From Octopus bimaculoides (taxonomy: Eukaryota), in the NCBI RefSeq assembly GCF_001194135.2, contig NC_068994.1:59417849-59475024 (forward strand): a stretch of 57,176 nt of DNA, written 5' to 3'. Every line of letters begins with the position of its first letter. Within the stretch, counting starts at the first letter, position 1. The position numbers and the translations under genes were made by a program. The notes beneath the pieces are model-generated. The model ran no database searches and was not told the origin of the DNA. It was given only the letters and a program-made list of their open reading frames with translations. Positions 34,545 through 46,859 of the stretch are shown here, piece after piece.

Positions 34545-35030
34545 GAATGCCCAATATCTGATACTCAATGTGATCTTAACGAGCGAGTTTTGCCAACTTA
34601 CAAGGACGTACTAAAATATGTTTTGTTTTCATAAGAAAAAGAAAAGAATATAGTTTAGAAAGATCCTTCAATTAAACAAATTGTCAAGATTGTAGCAGAA
34701 AAGATAATTCTTCTTTGGCAAAAGGCATCCATTCCTTGTGTTACGATTGAGTCAGTTTGACTGAAAATCTTAAACTTTTATCTAAAGTACCAAGCATTAC
34801 TAAAATCTGTTGAAAATAGTAAAAAATGTGCCACCATTTCAAACAAAGTGTAATGTGTTGAAAACAATGCAACAAAAGATTTATTTGATATTTCCTGTTG
34901 CAAGTGCAACTCCTTTAAAAACTGCAGTTGCAGTAGAGACAAAAAGAGTTTTTACAGGATCAACAGACAAATGAAAAAATGGTCATTGGTGGAATAGACC
35001 AAGCAGCATCTAACCAGAACATTCAGAGGC
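34545..35030 (+). pseudogene. DNA-transposon transposase N-terminal remnant (tentatively Sola2-like)
   Basis: LPTYKDVLKY, LWQKASIP, LFDISCCKC...CSC and (frameshift) FLQDQ...MVIGGID, with in-frame stops. The superfamily assignment is from memory of the motif series and is uncertain. Confidence 0.55.
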
Positions 35031-36485
35031 TGATTATTTAGTTACATGGAATTATTTTGAATAAATTGGAAATGTTAATTATTTTTATCACCAAAATGTG
35101 TCAAGAACCAAAAATTGGTTTACACATAATTTTATTTTAATGTGTGTATAATCTAGACCTCATGTAACACATATATTCAGTGACCTAGTATTAAAAATAA
35201 TAGAGAAAACAAAGTCATAAAGTCTATTTATTTCACATAATTTCAAAATTTCAAGTGCATTTCGGAGCCTGAACATATAAATTTTAGTGCTTCAGATTTT
35301 AACGCTTTTGTTTTTAAAGGATTTTGCAAAAGGAAATCAATTTATAACAAAGAATGTAAAAAATAAAATGAGGAATGGTAAACATGTTATAAATTTATTT
35401 TGAGTGGGCTGCAGAACCTGAAGATGTAAATTTAAGAACTTCAGATTTTAACACAATTGTTTTTAAAGGATTTCACAATAAAAATATTCTTGAAAACATA
35501 TTTTGAAAATCTGTGTAGAAAGTATCTTTTTCGCTCCACCCTAATACACACATATATAGAGTTTATTTTGCCATTATTTGTAGGACCAACAAAAAAATTC
35601 TCAATCCAATGAGAGAAAAATTTCATTTAATATACATGGCATGTAAAAGCACCCATTACACTTTCAGGGTGGTTGGTGTAAGAAAGGGCATCCAGCTGTA
35701 GAAACCATGCCAAAACAGACAAGTCCGGTGTAGCCTTCCAGTTTGCCAGCCCTGGTCAAACTGTCCAACCCATGCCAGTACGGACAACAGATGTTAAATG
35801 ATTATTATTTAAATATGAGCTGCTAATAGTTTTGTGCTGTGAAAACAATAATTCGGTGGATTTATATACCATGCCTTGTGTCTGCAAGCAATCCTTCAGG
35901 CTCAGATATACAACATGGCTGATCATATTCATAAAGCCAAGAAAGGATGATGGTTTGTGCGAAAGCACAAGAAAAGACAAGAAGAAGGTGAATGCAAACA
36001 GTGGAATGAGAAAACAAAAGCAAACGAAGAAAAGGGTTACATCCCCTTTGTCCATTGAAATCAATTTGTAAAGCATGTGTAGAATAAATGAATGCAGAGG
36101 AGCCCAAAGTGTGTGAGACACCATGCTTCATCCAGAGAGGCAAGTGTCTTCCAGTTCAATAAAAGAAATTTGTCCATGTGCTGGCATTTGCTAAAAATGT
36201 CAGATCTGGAATTAAGTAGTGTGATGGAATTCTTGCATTGAAAAAAATGTGAGATCTTTTGATTACAATGATTCTTCTAGACTTTAAATGTAATTCACTG
36301 CTCCCAGGTTTCTTCTAACTTGGGTTGGTAGTTACCCCAGTTATAGATTAAGATGGACCTGTATACAGAGCTAGGAGAACTAGCCTTGAAACATGGATCC
36401 TACAGGTTCACTGGTATGTGAACATGGCCTTGTGTCATGTGAACCAGTTCTCCTACCTAAGATTGAAACAGGCCCTTTGCCTTAA

Positions 36486-36702
36486 CCCTTTAGTTTTTAA
36501 ACCGATCATATCATGGCCAATCATTCTACTTTTATGTTCAAACTGGCCAGATCTGGCTTCTCACACCTACCCTATGATGTCATTTTAAAACTAAACCATT
36601 ACTTCATCAACATCTCAGAGCTAAAAGACAGTGCAGGATTAATTCAAGACAATCTTAATAAATAAGCTTTACATTTGATAGAATAATTTGAATGCTGAAT
36701 GG
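36486..36702. mobile_element. piggyBac-type MITE
   Basis: TTAA on both sides (36482-36485 and 36703-36706). Degenerate TIRs ccctttagtttttaaac / ccattcagcattcaaat (11/17). Confidence 0.5.
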
Positions 36703-38591
36703 TTAAGGGTAAGTTTAGGGAAGCAGGAGACTTGTTGGGTAATTTATAAATAAACTGACAGAAGGCTTAGCCTTGGCTATGTCAAGATGGTTTCTTTGTC
36801 TTCCTACTTAGATTTGTTTAAATGTTGTCACAACAGTAATATGTCCATTCTGCTGAAATGAAATTTTCTATATCTTCGTGCAGCTGAAGATTGCTCTGCA
36901 TTTTAAATTTAATGTAATGCTCGCATTACTTAAATAAATGGAGTAGCATGAAACGTGCGTACTGCAATAACCTTAAAAATCCGTATTGCTTTTTTGATTT
37001 TTGATCACTTTGTTTTTGAAATTGTTTGGATAATACCATACTATAATTCTGGTGCCTAAACTTAAGTACCACATTCAATTTTGAATATANNNNNNNNNNN
37101 NNNNNNNNNNNNNNNNNNNNNNNNNNNNNNNNNNNNNNNNNNNATAGTGAGAGAGAGAGAGACAGAGATATCCGATGGGGATCTTTCTGATTTGGCGGAC
37201 ACCATTTTTTATTTAGTGTGGTACAGTGATGCCCTTGTGTTGAATTTATATATTGCTTCTACTGAAATAGTGAAATAAAACAGTTTTCTCTTATAATAAT
37301 AGAAAGACCGCATAAAACTTGACACGATCAGAACTACAAGTTTTCTTGGCGCAAGTTAACAGTCCAGACAAAATATACTTCGAGGAAAGGGACCACCAGG
37401 GAAAGATTTTAACTCAACCTTATAAATTAAGAAAATTTTCGTCAATTATACAAATAAACGGAACGATTATACGACGGTGAGGTTGATAGCGATTCGAACC
37501 TTGAATTGCTCAAGTTCAAAGTTCGACATTTTTTATCAACTGCCTATGAAAATAAAATTCATCAAATAAAATAATATCCATAATATATATTTTTATTTTC
37601 ATTTTTAAAGAATTAAACTGCGTCTCTGGGATTGCCTTTTCAGGAATGGATCGGACTAAACGAAGACATTCGTATTAAGTTATAGTTCACCGGCGGTGTT
37701 TATATTAATGTAAGCACGTGGCCATGGTTAGTCAATTGCATGTGCTTCATTCATTGATGTCGTTGGTTTTGTTTACGAAGACATTGGATATAGAAACGTC
37801 TATTATTCAACATTTAAGGTAAATTGTTATTTAGTAATTTGGTTTTCTGTTAATTTTTGTGAATGTCACTCTTTCCTCATAATTACAAGAACAAGTTTAT
37901 ACTTTCTTTCTAAACTTTAAATAATTACAAACACCCTCAAAGACTGGACACTTTACTGTACCTGTGAAAAATGCTTTGCGTTAATTAATTAACATTAAGT
38001 TTTGTGTCCTCGAATTATTGAAATCTATTTTTCTTAAAATTATTGAGTCCTTCCAATAAATATTGATGACTTGTTTCCTTAATTTTCAGAATGCATTTTT
38101 TAAAATGAAATCGTACAGAGATAGATACATTGGCGGAGTTACGATGTATGCACGTGCTAAAACTCCTCGTAACTTTTTTTCATTTTTACGAATCGGAATT
38201 TCCAAAGCCGAAAACGTGGGTTTTTGTTAAACATTTTTTTTTTAATATAGTGGGAGGGCGTGGGTTACGTCTCCGTCATGTGCGCCAGTGTTTAGAAATT
38301 GAAGTCAGATTTAGCTGATGCATTTGGCAAGTCAAAATGACAGGAGTGAGGCCCTTTAATTGGCTCCTTTAAAAGCTTTTTATTCTTTCCTTATTTATGT
38401 TGGCTGATGATTAAAAGTGATAATTCTTCAGTGCCTTGTTCAGGGCACACTATATGACAGTCAAGAAACTTGTAGTTTCCCAACTGAAATGGCTTTATAT
38501 TCTTGTTCCTATATTTTAATGATGCCTTTTATTGCAATCTTTGATATTTTAAAACAAAACCTTTTTCCTTTTTTTTTTTTTTTCAGCTGCC

Positions 38592-39119
38592 ATGAACTTA
38601 GCTGAAAAGAAATCTTTTCATTGCTTTATGTGTCAAATGGATTTTGTCTCAGACTTCACCTTACAAGTTCACCAGCGTTTCCGTCACAAACCAAAGTCAT
38701 TTCATTGTTATGTATGTAATAAAGATTTCTTAAACAACAGCTACCTGAAGATGCACAAAGCTTCACATACTGTAATGGAGAATCCAAAACAGTTCAATTG
38801 TTCATCCTGTGACAAGACTTTTGTCTCAGATTTTACGTTAAAACTCCATCAACTACTACATTCAAGACAAAGGCCATTCCACTGTGATGTGTGCGATAAA
38901 GATTTTCTGAATGACTTCTGTTTGGTGAAACACAAAGAATTACATGGAAAGAAAACATTTCAATGTCCAAAATGTGAACAGAACTTCTCAAAGCTGCCAC
39001 TTCTAAGACTGCATTTGAAACTGCATTTTAAACGTAAATTTCTGCTGCAGTCAAGGATGAAAAGACCTGCCAATGACTTCAGTAGTTATTGTAGCAGAGA
39101 ATACACTAACCATGGATGA
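38592..39119 (+). CDS. Divergent C2H2 zinc-finger protein, 5 fingers, 175 aa (ZNF gene 4)
   Basis: ORF with 5 fingers and non-TGEKP linkers. A very strong acceptor (T-run + cAG, 38585-38586) lies 5 nt before the ATG in gctgccATG context. Confidence 0.9.
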   Translation: MNLAEKKSFHCFMCQMDFVSDFTLQVHQRFRHKPKSFHCYVCNKDFLNNSYLKMHKASHTVMENPKQFNCSSCDKTFVSDFTLKLHQLLHSRQRPFHCDVCDKDFLNDFCLVKHKELHGKKTFQCPKCEQNFSKLPLLRLHLKLHFKRKFLLQSRMKRPANDFSSYCSREYTNHG

Positions 39120-40589
39120 CCATCTCTCCTGTTGGAGACAAAATGTAACAAGTGGTAATCATCTCCTAACTTAAAAGGTGTTTTCTAAATCCTAAAACTT
39201 GATGAATATTTGCACAGGAGTATATTGATTCATCTCATTTCAATCTGGCAATGGTACAGCTCTGTCGATTACTGTGAAGGTGATGCATTTATCACAAGAT
39301 CTATTGACTTAAGTGATTGATCACTCTATAGTAGAGATATTAACAGTAACTAACATAAGTGAGGTGTAGTAAATAGTTTAACCTTTTCAATGCAGCCCAT
39401 TGGTTCCAATGTTTCACTTTAGTCTCTGGCATCAAACAAATATGAAATAAAATTTCCTCACAGCTTATATTTCCAGAAGAAAACTAAGATCTGTTCTTTG
39501 GCACAATAAACTACTTGTGTTGGCTATGAACTCTTGACCCATGGGTTGATGGTCTCTGAAGAACTCACATGTGATTGAAAACCTCTCTTACCTGTTGGCT
39601 GAATAATAAATCCTCTTAAAACTCTCAGTAAGTATTTCGTTTTATCCTCGTTTATCTGTGAATTTACTGTGTAACAGTAAATGGACATGAGATTGGAAAT
39701 GTGCGACAGTGATACTCCTTTACAATTTTCACAAGGAGAAACCCGTGTCTATAGTGGGCTTCCACTCATAAGGCTTTGGTCAGTTAGGGGCTTTTGTAGA
39801 AGTGGAGATTAAACCTAGAAGCACTTGGTTGGGAAGCAATCTTAACTACACTGCTGTCTGTGATTGATAAATACAGAATCCATTTAAAAGATAAAAATGT
39901 GTCTCGTGAACTTATATTTGTTTTATTGCATATTTCATCTACAAAATTGTTTAACTATATAGCATGATGTGTTGTCTAAGAGTAAATGCTTGCAAACCAG
40001 TGGCCTGAGCTAAAGAACATGGATTTATTATGACATGAATTGATTTCAAGAATTCAAGCCATTTAACAACACTTAGTTTGTCGTGAATTACTTCACCTTT
40101 TGGAATTATTAATTTGTCTTCAACTTAACATTAAGATTCAGGTTAGATTGGAGCAGAGAAATATTTCTCAGAAAGAATACATTCTTTGAAAACTGTATAT
40201 TGGAAGAAATAATTGAAAAAGTCTTCATATATTTGTAGATATATATTCAAACAAATTTTCAGCCTTAATGTTTGTTTGTTTTTCATTTATTTTGTTTCAG
40301 TTTGAAATTTGGAGTTATAAAAAGTCACATTATAGAGACCAATGAATAGGTATCTTTAATCACTAGCTGAGTCGGGATGGAACCACGACTATACAGTTTG
40401 GATTGCTTTATAAATCTGGGTCTTGGTGTCTGGCAGAAATAAATCCAGAGCCAAATGCTGTAAATTCTACCTTTTGATTTTCTAAATTTATTACTTTGGA
40501 GTCGTCAGCAATCTTGGAAAAGTATGAATGTCACTTAATCTTTTACGTAAATTTTGGGTCTGAGTAAATTAACCAAGTTTAGGTGTTCT

Positions 40590-40874
40590 TTCGATATAAC
40601 TCGACAAAACCAAAACGAACATTCAGTTGTTTCCGTGACGACTCGATAAATCACATCGGATATCTTCGTGATAGTTGCTGAAATGGGAGGAGGCGGAGAA
40701 GAAAGCTAATAGATTGTGTGTGTGTGTGTCTGTTTTATGTGTTGTGGAATGTAGACAGAACGAAATTATGCAATGTCTCATTTTAAACTTGAACAAATAT
40801 GCAAGGCTTTTTTTTTCTTCAAGTTTAAAATAAAACATTGCAACCGAGTTTTGGTTTTGTCGAGTTATATCGAA
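40590..40874. repeat. Nested inverted repeats (perfect 27-bp outer arms; 23/25 inner arms)
   Basis: ttcgatataactcgacaaaaccaaaac (40590-40616) is the exact reverse complement of 40848-40874. Inner arms are 40769-40793 and 40818-40842. Confidence 0.9.
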
Positions 40875-41129
40875 GGATTGCCCCAAGTTAATATTAAGCA
40901 GAACGGATTTCTTCATTTGGGATAGATTCAATCAACAATTTGAATCCTTGTTTCTAATTAATAAAAAGATGGAATTATTTATACCATATCACAAATAAAT
41001 CGAATAACTTTCTCGGGAAATATTGGTTTAAAATTTTGGCACAAGGTCAGCAATGAATAAATCGAGTCCAGTGTTCAACTGGTACTTTTTCATCGACCCC
41101 CCNNNNNNNNNNCGACTTCGGTGAAATTT

Positions 41130-41260
41130 GAACGTCGCTCAATATTGACACTTATTCAATGTTTAGACGTTAGTGGAATGTTATTCTATTGGGGACTTTT
41201 TGTTTCGTCACCGTCTTGCTCTTCACTCGAGCTCTGTCGACGTTTGCCTCAAAGGTAAGT
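41130..41260 (+). promoter_or_regulatory. Candidate non-coding first exon of ZNF gene 5
   Basis: CpG-enriched, with a perfect donor AAG|GTAAGT (GT 41255-41256). Acceptor ctctgacAG at 43238-43239. Confidence 0.55.
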
Positions 41261-43248
41261 GTTAAAAACAGCAGCAGCAGCAGCTACAATAATAATAATA
41301 ATAATAATAATAACAATGGTGGTGGTAGTAGTAGTAGTAGTAATAATGGCATTTCATAACAAACTAAGTTTATTATTGAATTTTGAATAGATCAACATAC
41401 ATCTATTTCATTTGCGGTTGTATTGTTATTGTGCCTGATAGGTCACTATAGACTTTATGTACATGCATCCTATTATATCTGAAGAGCCTGTCTGTTAATG
41501 GAATGTGAGCCCACACAGAGAGGGGCGAGTGCAGAGGCATGTCACACTCACCCTTTGGATGTGATCGATGTTATCTTGCAGCCTCCATGCACTTAGTTCG
41601 GTCCTCTTCACACAAAACCGTCAGTGGCTCAGCTTTTTCCTGTTTCCCTGAAATCCGAAAAGATTCCTTATGGAAAGAAATATTAAATTTTCTTTTTAGT
41701 AAGGCAACCATGTGGTTTTTAAAATAATAGAGATTTGAAAGTCATGTTTTTAGATACGCATGTATAATTTTTTCAGTGTTCTGCCCTATTGGAATCAAAA
41801 TGCTTTCCGTTTTCTTTCAATTTACTAAGATATCAGTAAGAAAAAACCGCTGGTAGCATCAAGGAAATTGACTTGCTCGATATGCAGAAAAGAAGTCAGT
41901 TTGGACTCCATAAGCTGTACGCACTGTAAGCTATGGACACACGAGATGTTGTGGAATCACAGGCAGACTAGCAGAGAAAGAAAGCTGGTTTGCAGCTGCC
42001 TTCTGCTCTTGAAACGAAGGAGGAGGCTTGTTCCATCGCCTGGCAACAACAGAACAGATCTCACAAAGTTGGAAACTTTTGACCGACTGTTGGAAGAGCT
42101 TTTAATAAATCAAAATATAGAAATCCTATTTTTGTGGTGTACCACGACCTGAAGATCAGGCCTTGTCTCAAGACACATCTAACCAGGGCACACACTCTAA
42201 TTTTTTGTGTAAAAGAGTCAAGCTTTGCTGGTCTAGAAGTCCATTTACTGTTACTCCCACTCCATAAGGGTCTCAAGATGTTGTGACTGATACACAGAGG
42301 TTCCTGGAAATTGGTGAATTGCTAACGGTTACTGTGCTGTCTGCAGCTCATCTCTTTGATTGAGCTATGATTCTGAGTGAAGGTACTGACCAGTGTTGGG
42401 TGTTGCTAGACACACTACTCTCTACCAGTTGGATTAGGTGGTCAGTAGTAAGTCTGGCCTCACATTGTGTCAAATATTAGAAATGATACGCATGACAAGA
42501 GCCCAGAAGTACTTCTGGAGGTCGATGAAAGCAGTGCATTCTCTTTTGGAATGTTTTCAAGTCAAGCATTTTCCTGGCAGTGCTATTGGGGGGGGGGGAG
42601 TAAGGTTTCAGCTGTTTAGCATAAGGTCTTGTTTGGTTTGACCAATACAAGACTTATGTCCAAGATGCCTGCAGGATACTGAAACCATTTGGCATACACT
42701 TGTTTTGTGTTCCTGCAATACTGATTTGTGTGTTGATGTCAAACAGCAACTGCCACTTGCAGAATGGAGTTGGATTTCAGCTAAGACTACATTGTCTGCT
42801 TTAGTGAGAGAAAAAGAATAGCATTTTAATAATGACAGTTATTTTGATAAATGCTTTTTTTATTTTCAAGATTTAATTGAAACAAATCAAAAATATTTCA
42901 AAAGAAATATGGTACTAGGGACTAGCAGCAATAATTGGGAAAAGGCATTTCCTTTAGTTTTGGTCAAAATCATCTGAGATTCTGTGCTGACACAAATTAT
43001 AACTCACCTGATTCTGTTGCTCTTTTGCTTGTTTGATCCTCCCTTCTTAGTTTTTTTGTTGTTGTTTTTATTATTTGTTTTGTTGACCCGGTGTAAACCC
43101 ACCACCACCGTTTCCTTTTCTATTTTGTCTTTGTACAGTAATAAATGTTTTGGGCTTTTGTGGCCAGTAAAAGATTATTATTATTAGTAATAGTAGTAGT
43201 ATTTCTTTTTTATTTTTATTTTTTCTCATTCTCTGACAGTGAAGAATC

Positions 43249-44358
43249 ATGGTGAAAGCTTCCCGAAAACTCATTTTTTCCTGTGATATTTGTGGGAAAC
43301 AGTTTTCTCAAAGATTGTTTCTGAAACAACATCTTCGAACTCACACAGAAGAAAATGCAGAACAAGGTTTTGACCAAATCACTAATTTTGTTGGCCAAAA
43401 AGATGATCCATTTCCAAATAAATGTAAGTCTAGCACTGAAAACAAAAGTTCAGATAACCTTTTAAACACACAAGTAAATACTTGTGAACGTTGTGAAAAG
43501 GAGCTTCCCTGCCAGGCTCTTCTGAGAAAACACCTTGCATCACACATGGGAGATGCTGGTGATGGGAAGCTTCCAGATGCTAACCTGTTAAGGCAGCATG
43601 GTCGAAAGCATCCATTTGAAAGACCATATCGTTGCAGAATTTGTAACAAGAGCTTCCCTAAGAACACTGCCCTTAATTGCCACATTCAAATTCACACACA
43701 TCGTACAATGTTCAAATGTAACATTTGTGAAAAAGAGTTTGTCCGCAAAAATGGTCTCAATGTACACATGCGAACGCACACGGGGGAGAAGCCATATGGC
43801 TGCAAAGTGTGTGAAAAGAGGTTTTCTGTCAGCAGTTTATTAAAGCGCCACATGAGGATACATACTGGTGAGACACCTTACCAGTGTGAATACTGTGAGA
43901 AGAGTTTCTCTCGCGACAGCACACTGAAGCTTCATTGGCGTGTTCACACGAAGGAGACCCCATACGAATGCGAGGTTTGCAAGAAGAAGTTTTCTCGCAA
44001 AGGGAACTTACGTGTGCATATGAGAAGTCACACAGGAGAGCGACCCTATCAGTGTGAAGTGTGTGAGAAAAGTTTTACTGTCAGTAGTATACTAAAGCGC
44101 CATTTGCGCACCCACACTGGTGAAATGCCCTACAGCTGCTATATCTGTGGTAAAAGCTTCTCTCGAAACAGTAGTTGTAACATCCACATAAAAATCCACA
44201 CCCGGGAATTGTTGTACGAGTGTAAAGTTTGTGGTAAGAAATTTGCCCTCAACAGTATTCTTAACCGCCACATGAAGAGACATGTGAAGGTGAGGCCATA
44301 TGCAGGTACAGTGGACAATGACAACACCATATCATTGCTCCTCACAACAAATAAATAA
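43249..44358 (+). CDS. C2H2 zinc-finger protein, 10 fingers plus one Cys-less relic, 369 aa (ZNF gene 5)
   Basis: Uninterrupted ORF: one isolated N-terminal finger, a spacer, one finger, a relic (LLRQHGRKH without CxxC), then 8 tandem fingers. Confidence 0.95.
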   Translation: MVKASRKLIFSCDICGKQFSQRLFLKQHLRTHTEENAEQGFDQITNFVGQKDDPFPNKCKSSTENKSSDNLLNTQVNTCERCEKELPCQALLRKHLASHMGDAGDGKLPDANLLRQHGRKHPFERPYRCRICNKSFPKNTALNCHIQIHTHRTMFKCNICEKEFVRKNGLNVHMRTHTGEKPYGCKVCEKRFSVSSLLKRHMRIHTGETPYQCEYCEKSFSRDSTLKLHWRVHTKETPYECEVCKKKFSRKGNLRVHMRSHTGERPYQCEVCEKSFTVSSILKRHLRTHTGEMPYSCYICGKSFSRNSSCNIHIKIHTRELLYECKVCGKKFALNSILNRHMKRHVKVRPYAGTVDNDNTISLLLTTNK

Positions 44359-45254
44359 AGTCTCTATTACCTAGAATATATAATGTTTTTTGTTTGATTT
44401 TGTGATTAAATTTTGAACCAGAATATCTTTAGAGAGAACCATTCTGGGCCCTCAACTTATGACAAATGCCTGATCTTCTGTAAGAGAATTAAAAAAAAAA
44501 AAATGGAGAACTGGAGATTTTCTTTTCTTCTGGTAGATTTCTGCCATTTAGATTACACTGTTAATATGATTTTTGTCCTTTGGTAGCAATTGTTATTTCC
44601 TGTTTGCTGACCCCTAGAAAAAAGTATGAAAAATAGTTAATGTTTCCTTCACACCTACTACACCTGCTCATCATCAGAGCTGCACACATTGTCAGCCACT
44701 GAGGACATGCTCAAGTGGTTACGGTCAAGCAACTGACAAGCAAAGTGGTAATCGAAAGAGAGAGGAGGGGGGAGTTAGGATGGTCTGGGATAGAACACGA
44801 GGGAGAAAAATGTTCTTTTGGGATTTTGGGTAACATAGTTTAATGAAACAGCAAATGCAGATAATAAGGAAATAGAATTGAAAAATCTTAGAATTTTCAG
44901 TCAGCCAATCTAAGACAAAATTAGAGAAATTTGTGACGATGAATATATGATGATTAAACGAATATGGATGAGCTTAAGTTTATCTTCTGACAACAACGAG
45001 GAAGACGAAACTATTGAAACTATGTTTACATGGTAATGAAATTAGAGAATAATGAGAAGAACTAAATAAGGGGTTTATGCTCTGTGCTGAAATGGAGGAG
45101 GAGATGAACGAGGTTGAAAAGACAACATTTCTTATCTGAGCATCTTCTGAAATGATGATTAATGGAGCAGTGGGAGTGTCTTAAGCAGAGACCGATGTCA
45201 GTGACTTCTTTTACATCTTTCTCATCTGGATGTTTTTTTCTTTGGGTCCTCAAA

Positions 45255-45611
45255 GACAATGCTTTCTCTTGAATGATTTCTAGACTAATAGTAGCACACT
45301 GACAATTCAGCCTAACAATCCAAAGAGAAACAAGATTTTTCATTTCTTCAAAGATTTTGCCTCTTATTGAAGACGGTATTCTTCATCCCTGGGGCTTCAG
45401 ATTTCATATTTGCTAAAATCTTGTCTTTATTATGTACAATCGTTGATACAGTTGTCTGACTCATCCCCAAAGATCGTGCAATTGCTACCACTCTTTCACC
45501 TTTTTCATGGCATTTTATCACAGCCAGTTTATCTTCCAGTGTTATAGCATGATGCTTAGCACTTTCACTATGAATTTTCTTAAGAGCCATGGAGGCAAAA
45601 AATAAAGTCAC
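45255..45611 (-). pseudogene. Tigger/pogo transposase N-terminal (psq-type HTH + CENP-B HTH) remnant
   Basis: AITLEDKLAVIKCHEKGERVVAIARSLGMSQTTVSTIVHNKDKI, then after a frameshift MKNLVSLWI...ISLEIIQEKALSL. Confidence 0.85.
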
Positions 45612-46859
45612 AAATGAATGAGAATCAGAAAGTAGCCAATAAACAGATATAAATTTGAATTCAAAACAATTGCGGAAATCATGAGTGACAACGCCTAACG
45701 GTAGATATTGGAACTACATTGCAATATGAGCCCTGAAAGACCGATAAATAAGACAATACTCCTGATTTCAGGATTTCGTTCACTAAGCTACCCTACTTTA
45801 TGGTGTGTTTCTTAACATTTACTGTACGTATTGTAAAATGATTTTATATGCTTTTATTCTTATTTATTGTACAGTAACACGATTTTATGTGCTTTTAACA
45901 GTTTTCTAGTGATTTTACGATTACAATATTTGTGGTGGACAGACATGAAGTAGAGTAAAATGACTTGACTTGATTTTTATTTTTCCATATATTATTTTTG
46001 AAAATTGACGTATAATTGAGAACAACTTCAGCCAAGGTATGCTTGTATTGTGTTGTTTCATTAAACAGTTGTTAGATATTTTAGAAAAATTAATAGATTT
46101 TGTTGTAATTTATGATTAATATTTATGTATGTTATCATCAGTCTTTCAAGTAAGCAATATTTCGAGAAAGTCTTTCCCTCCAACCTCTCCTCCTCGCCAG
46201 CCACAGACCGTTAATCTAGCCACATTGTTTACGACAGGTCATGAACCAGTTTGTATTTGTCTATCTTCCGGTTTCTCTTTATCATTGTACTCATTTATCA
46301 ATTATCAGCTACTATATCCATCTTGTGATTTAACAATCAGTATATTATTGACCTTGAGTTGACAACTTTACATATTAACCCTTATCTTTGTATTTTTGCA
46401 GTGGTTATGACATAAACCACTGAAGTTGCTCCAAAATATTCTTTGCTTTCATTGTCAAGGATACAGATTATTACTTCAAACTAGTTGATCCTAATGAAAC
46501 AGCACTTTGCATGTGTGCGTATAATAACGTCCATAATCCATGCAAGTATGGAACATGGGCATTAAATGATGTTAGTTCAGGTAATATCACATCTGATGAC
46601 GTAAGATAATAGTTTATAGACAATTAGTGCTCAAGGTTGACTTGCAGCCCAAACTCCATCTTAAATTATAACTAAAAAATGCAGGAGTGTTATAGTTGCC
46701 AAATGATGGTTGGCTATCGGCAATTTTTCAATCAAATTGGTATATGTTTAATAGAATAAAGGTGCAAACAACTAGTGTCCGGTTAAATTATGACATATTT
46801 ATACATTGTAAAAACTTGAGTGTAGAAATGCTGCAGACACTGCCAGCAGAGGGAGATGG

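Noticed and set aside
14685-44345. Numerous alternative-frame and antisense ORFs overlapping the ZNF genes
   Set aside because: They are shadow ORFs produced by the repetitive codon structure of finger arrays and have no independent motifs.
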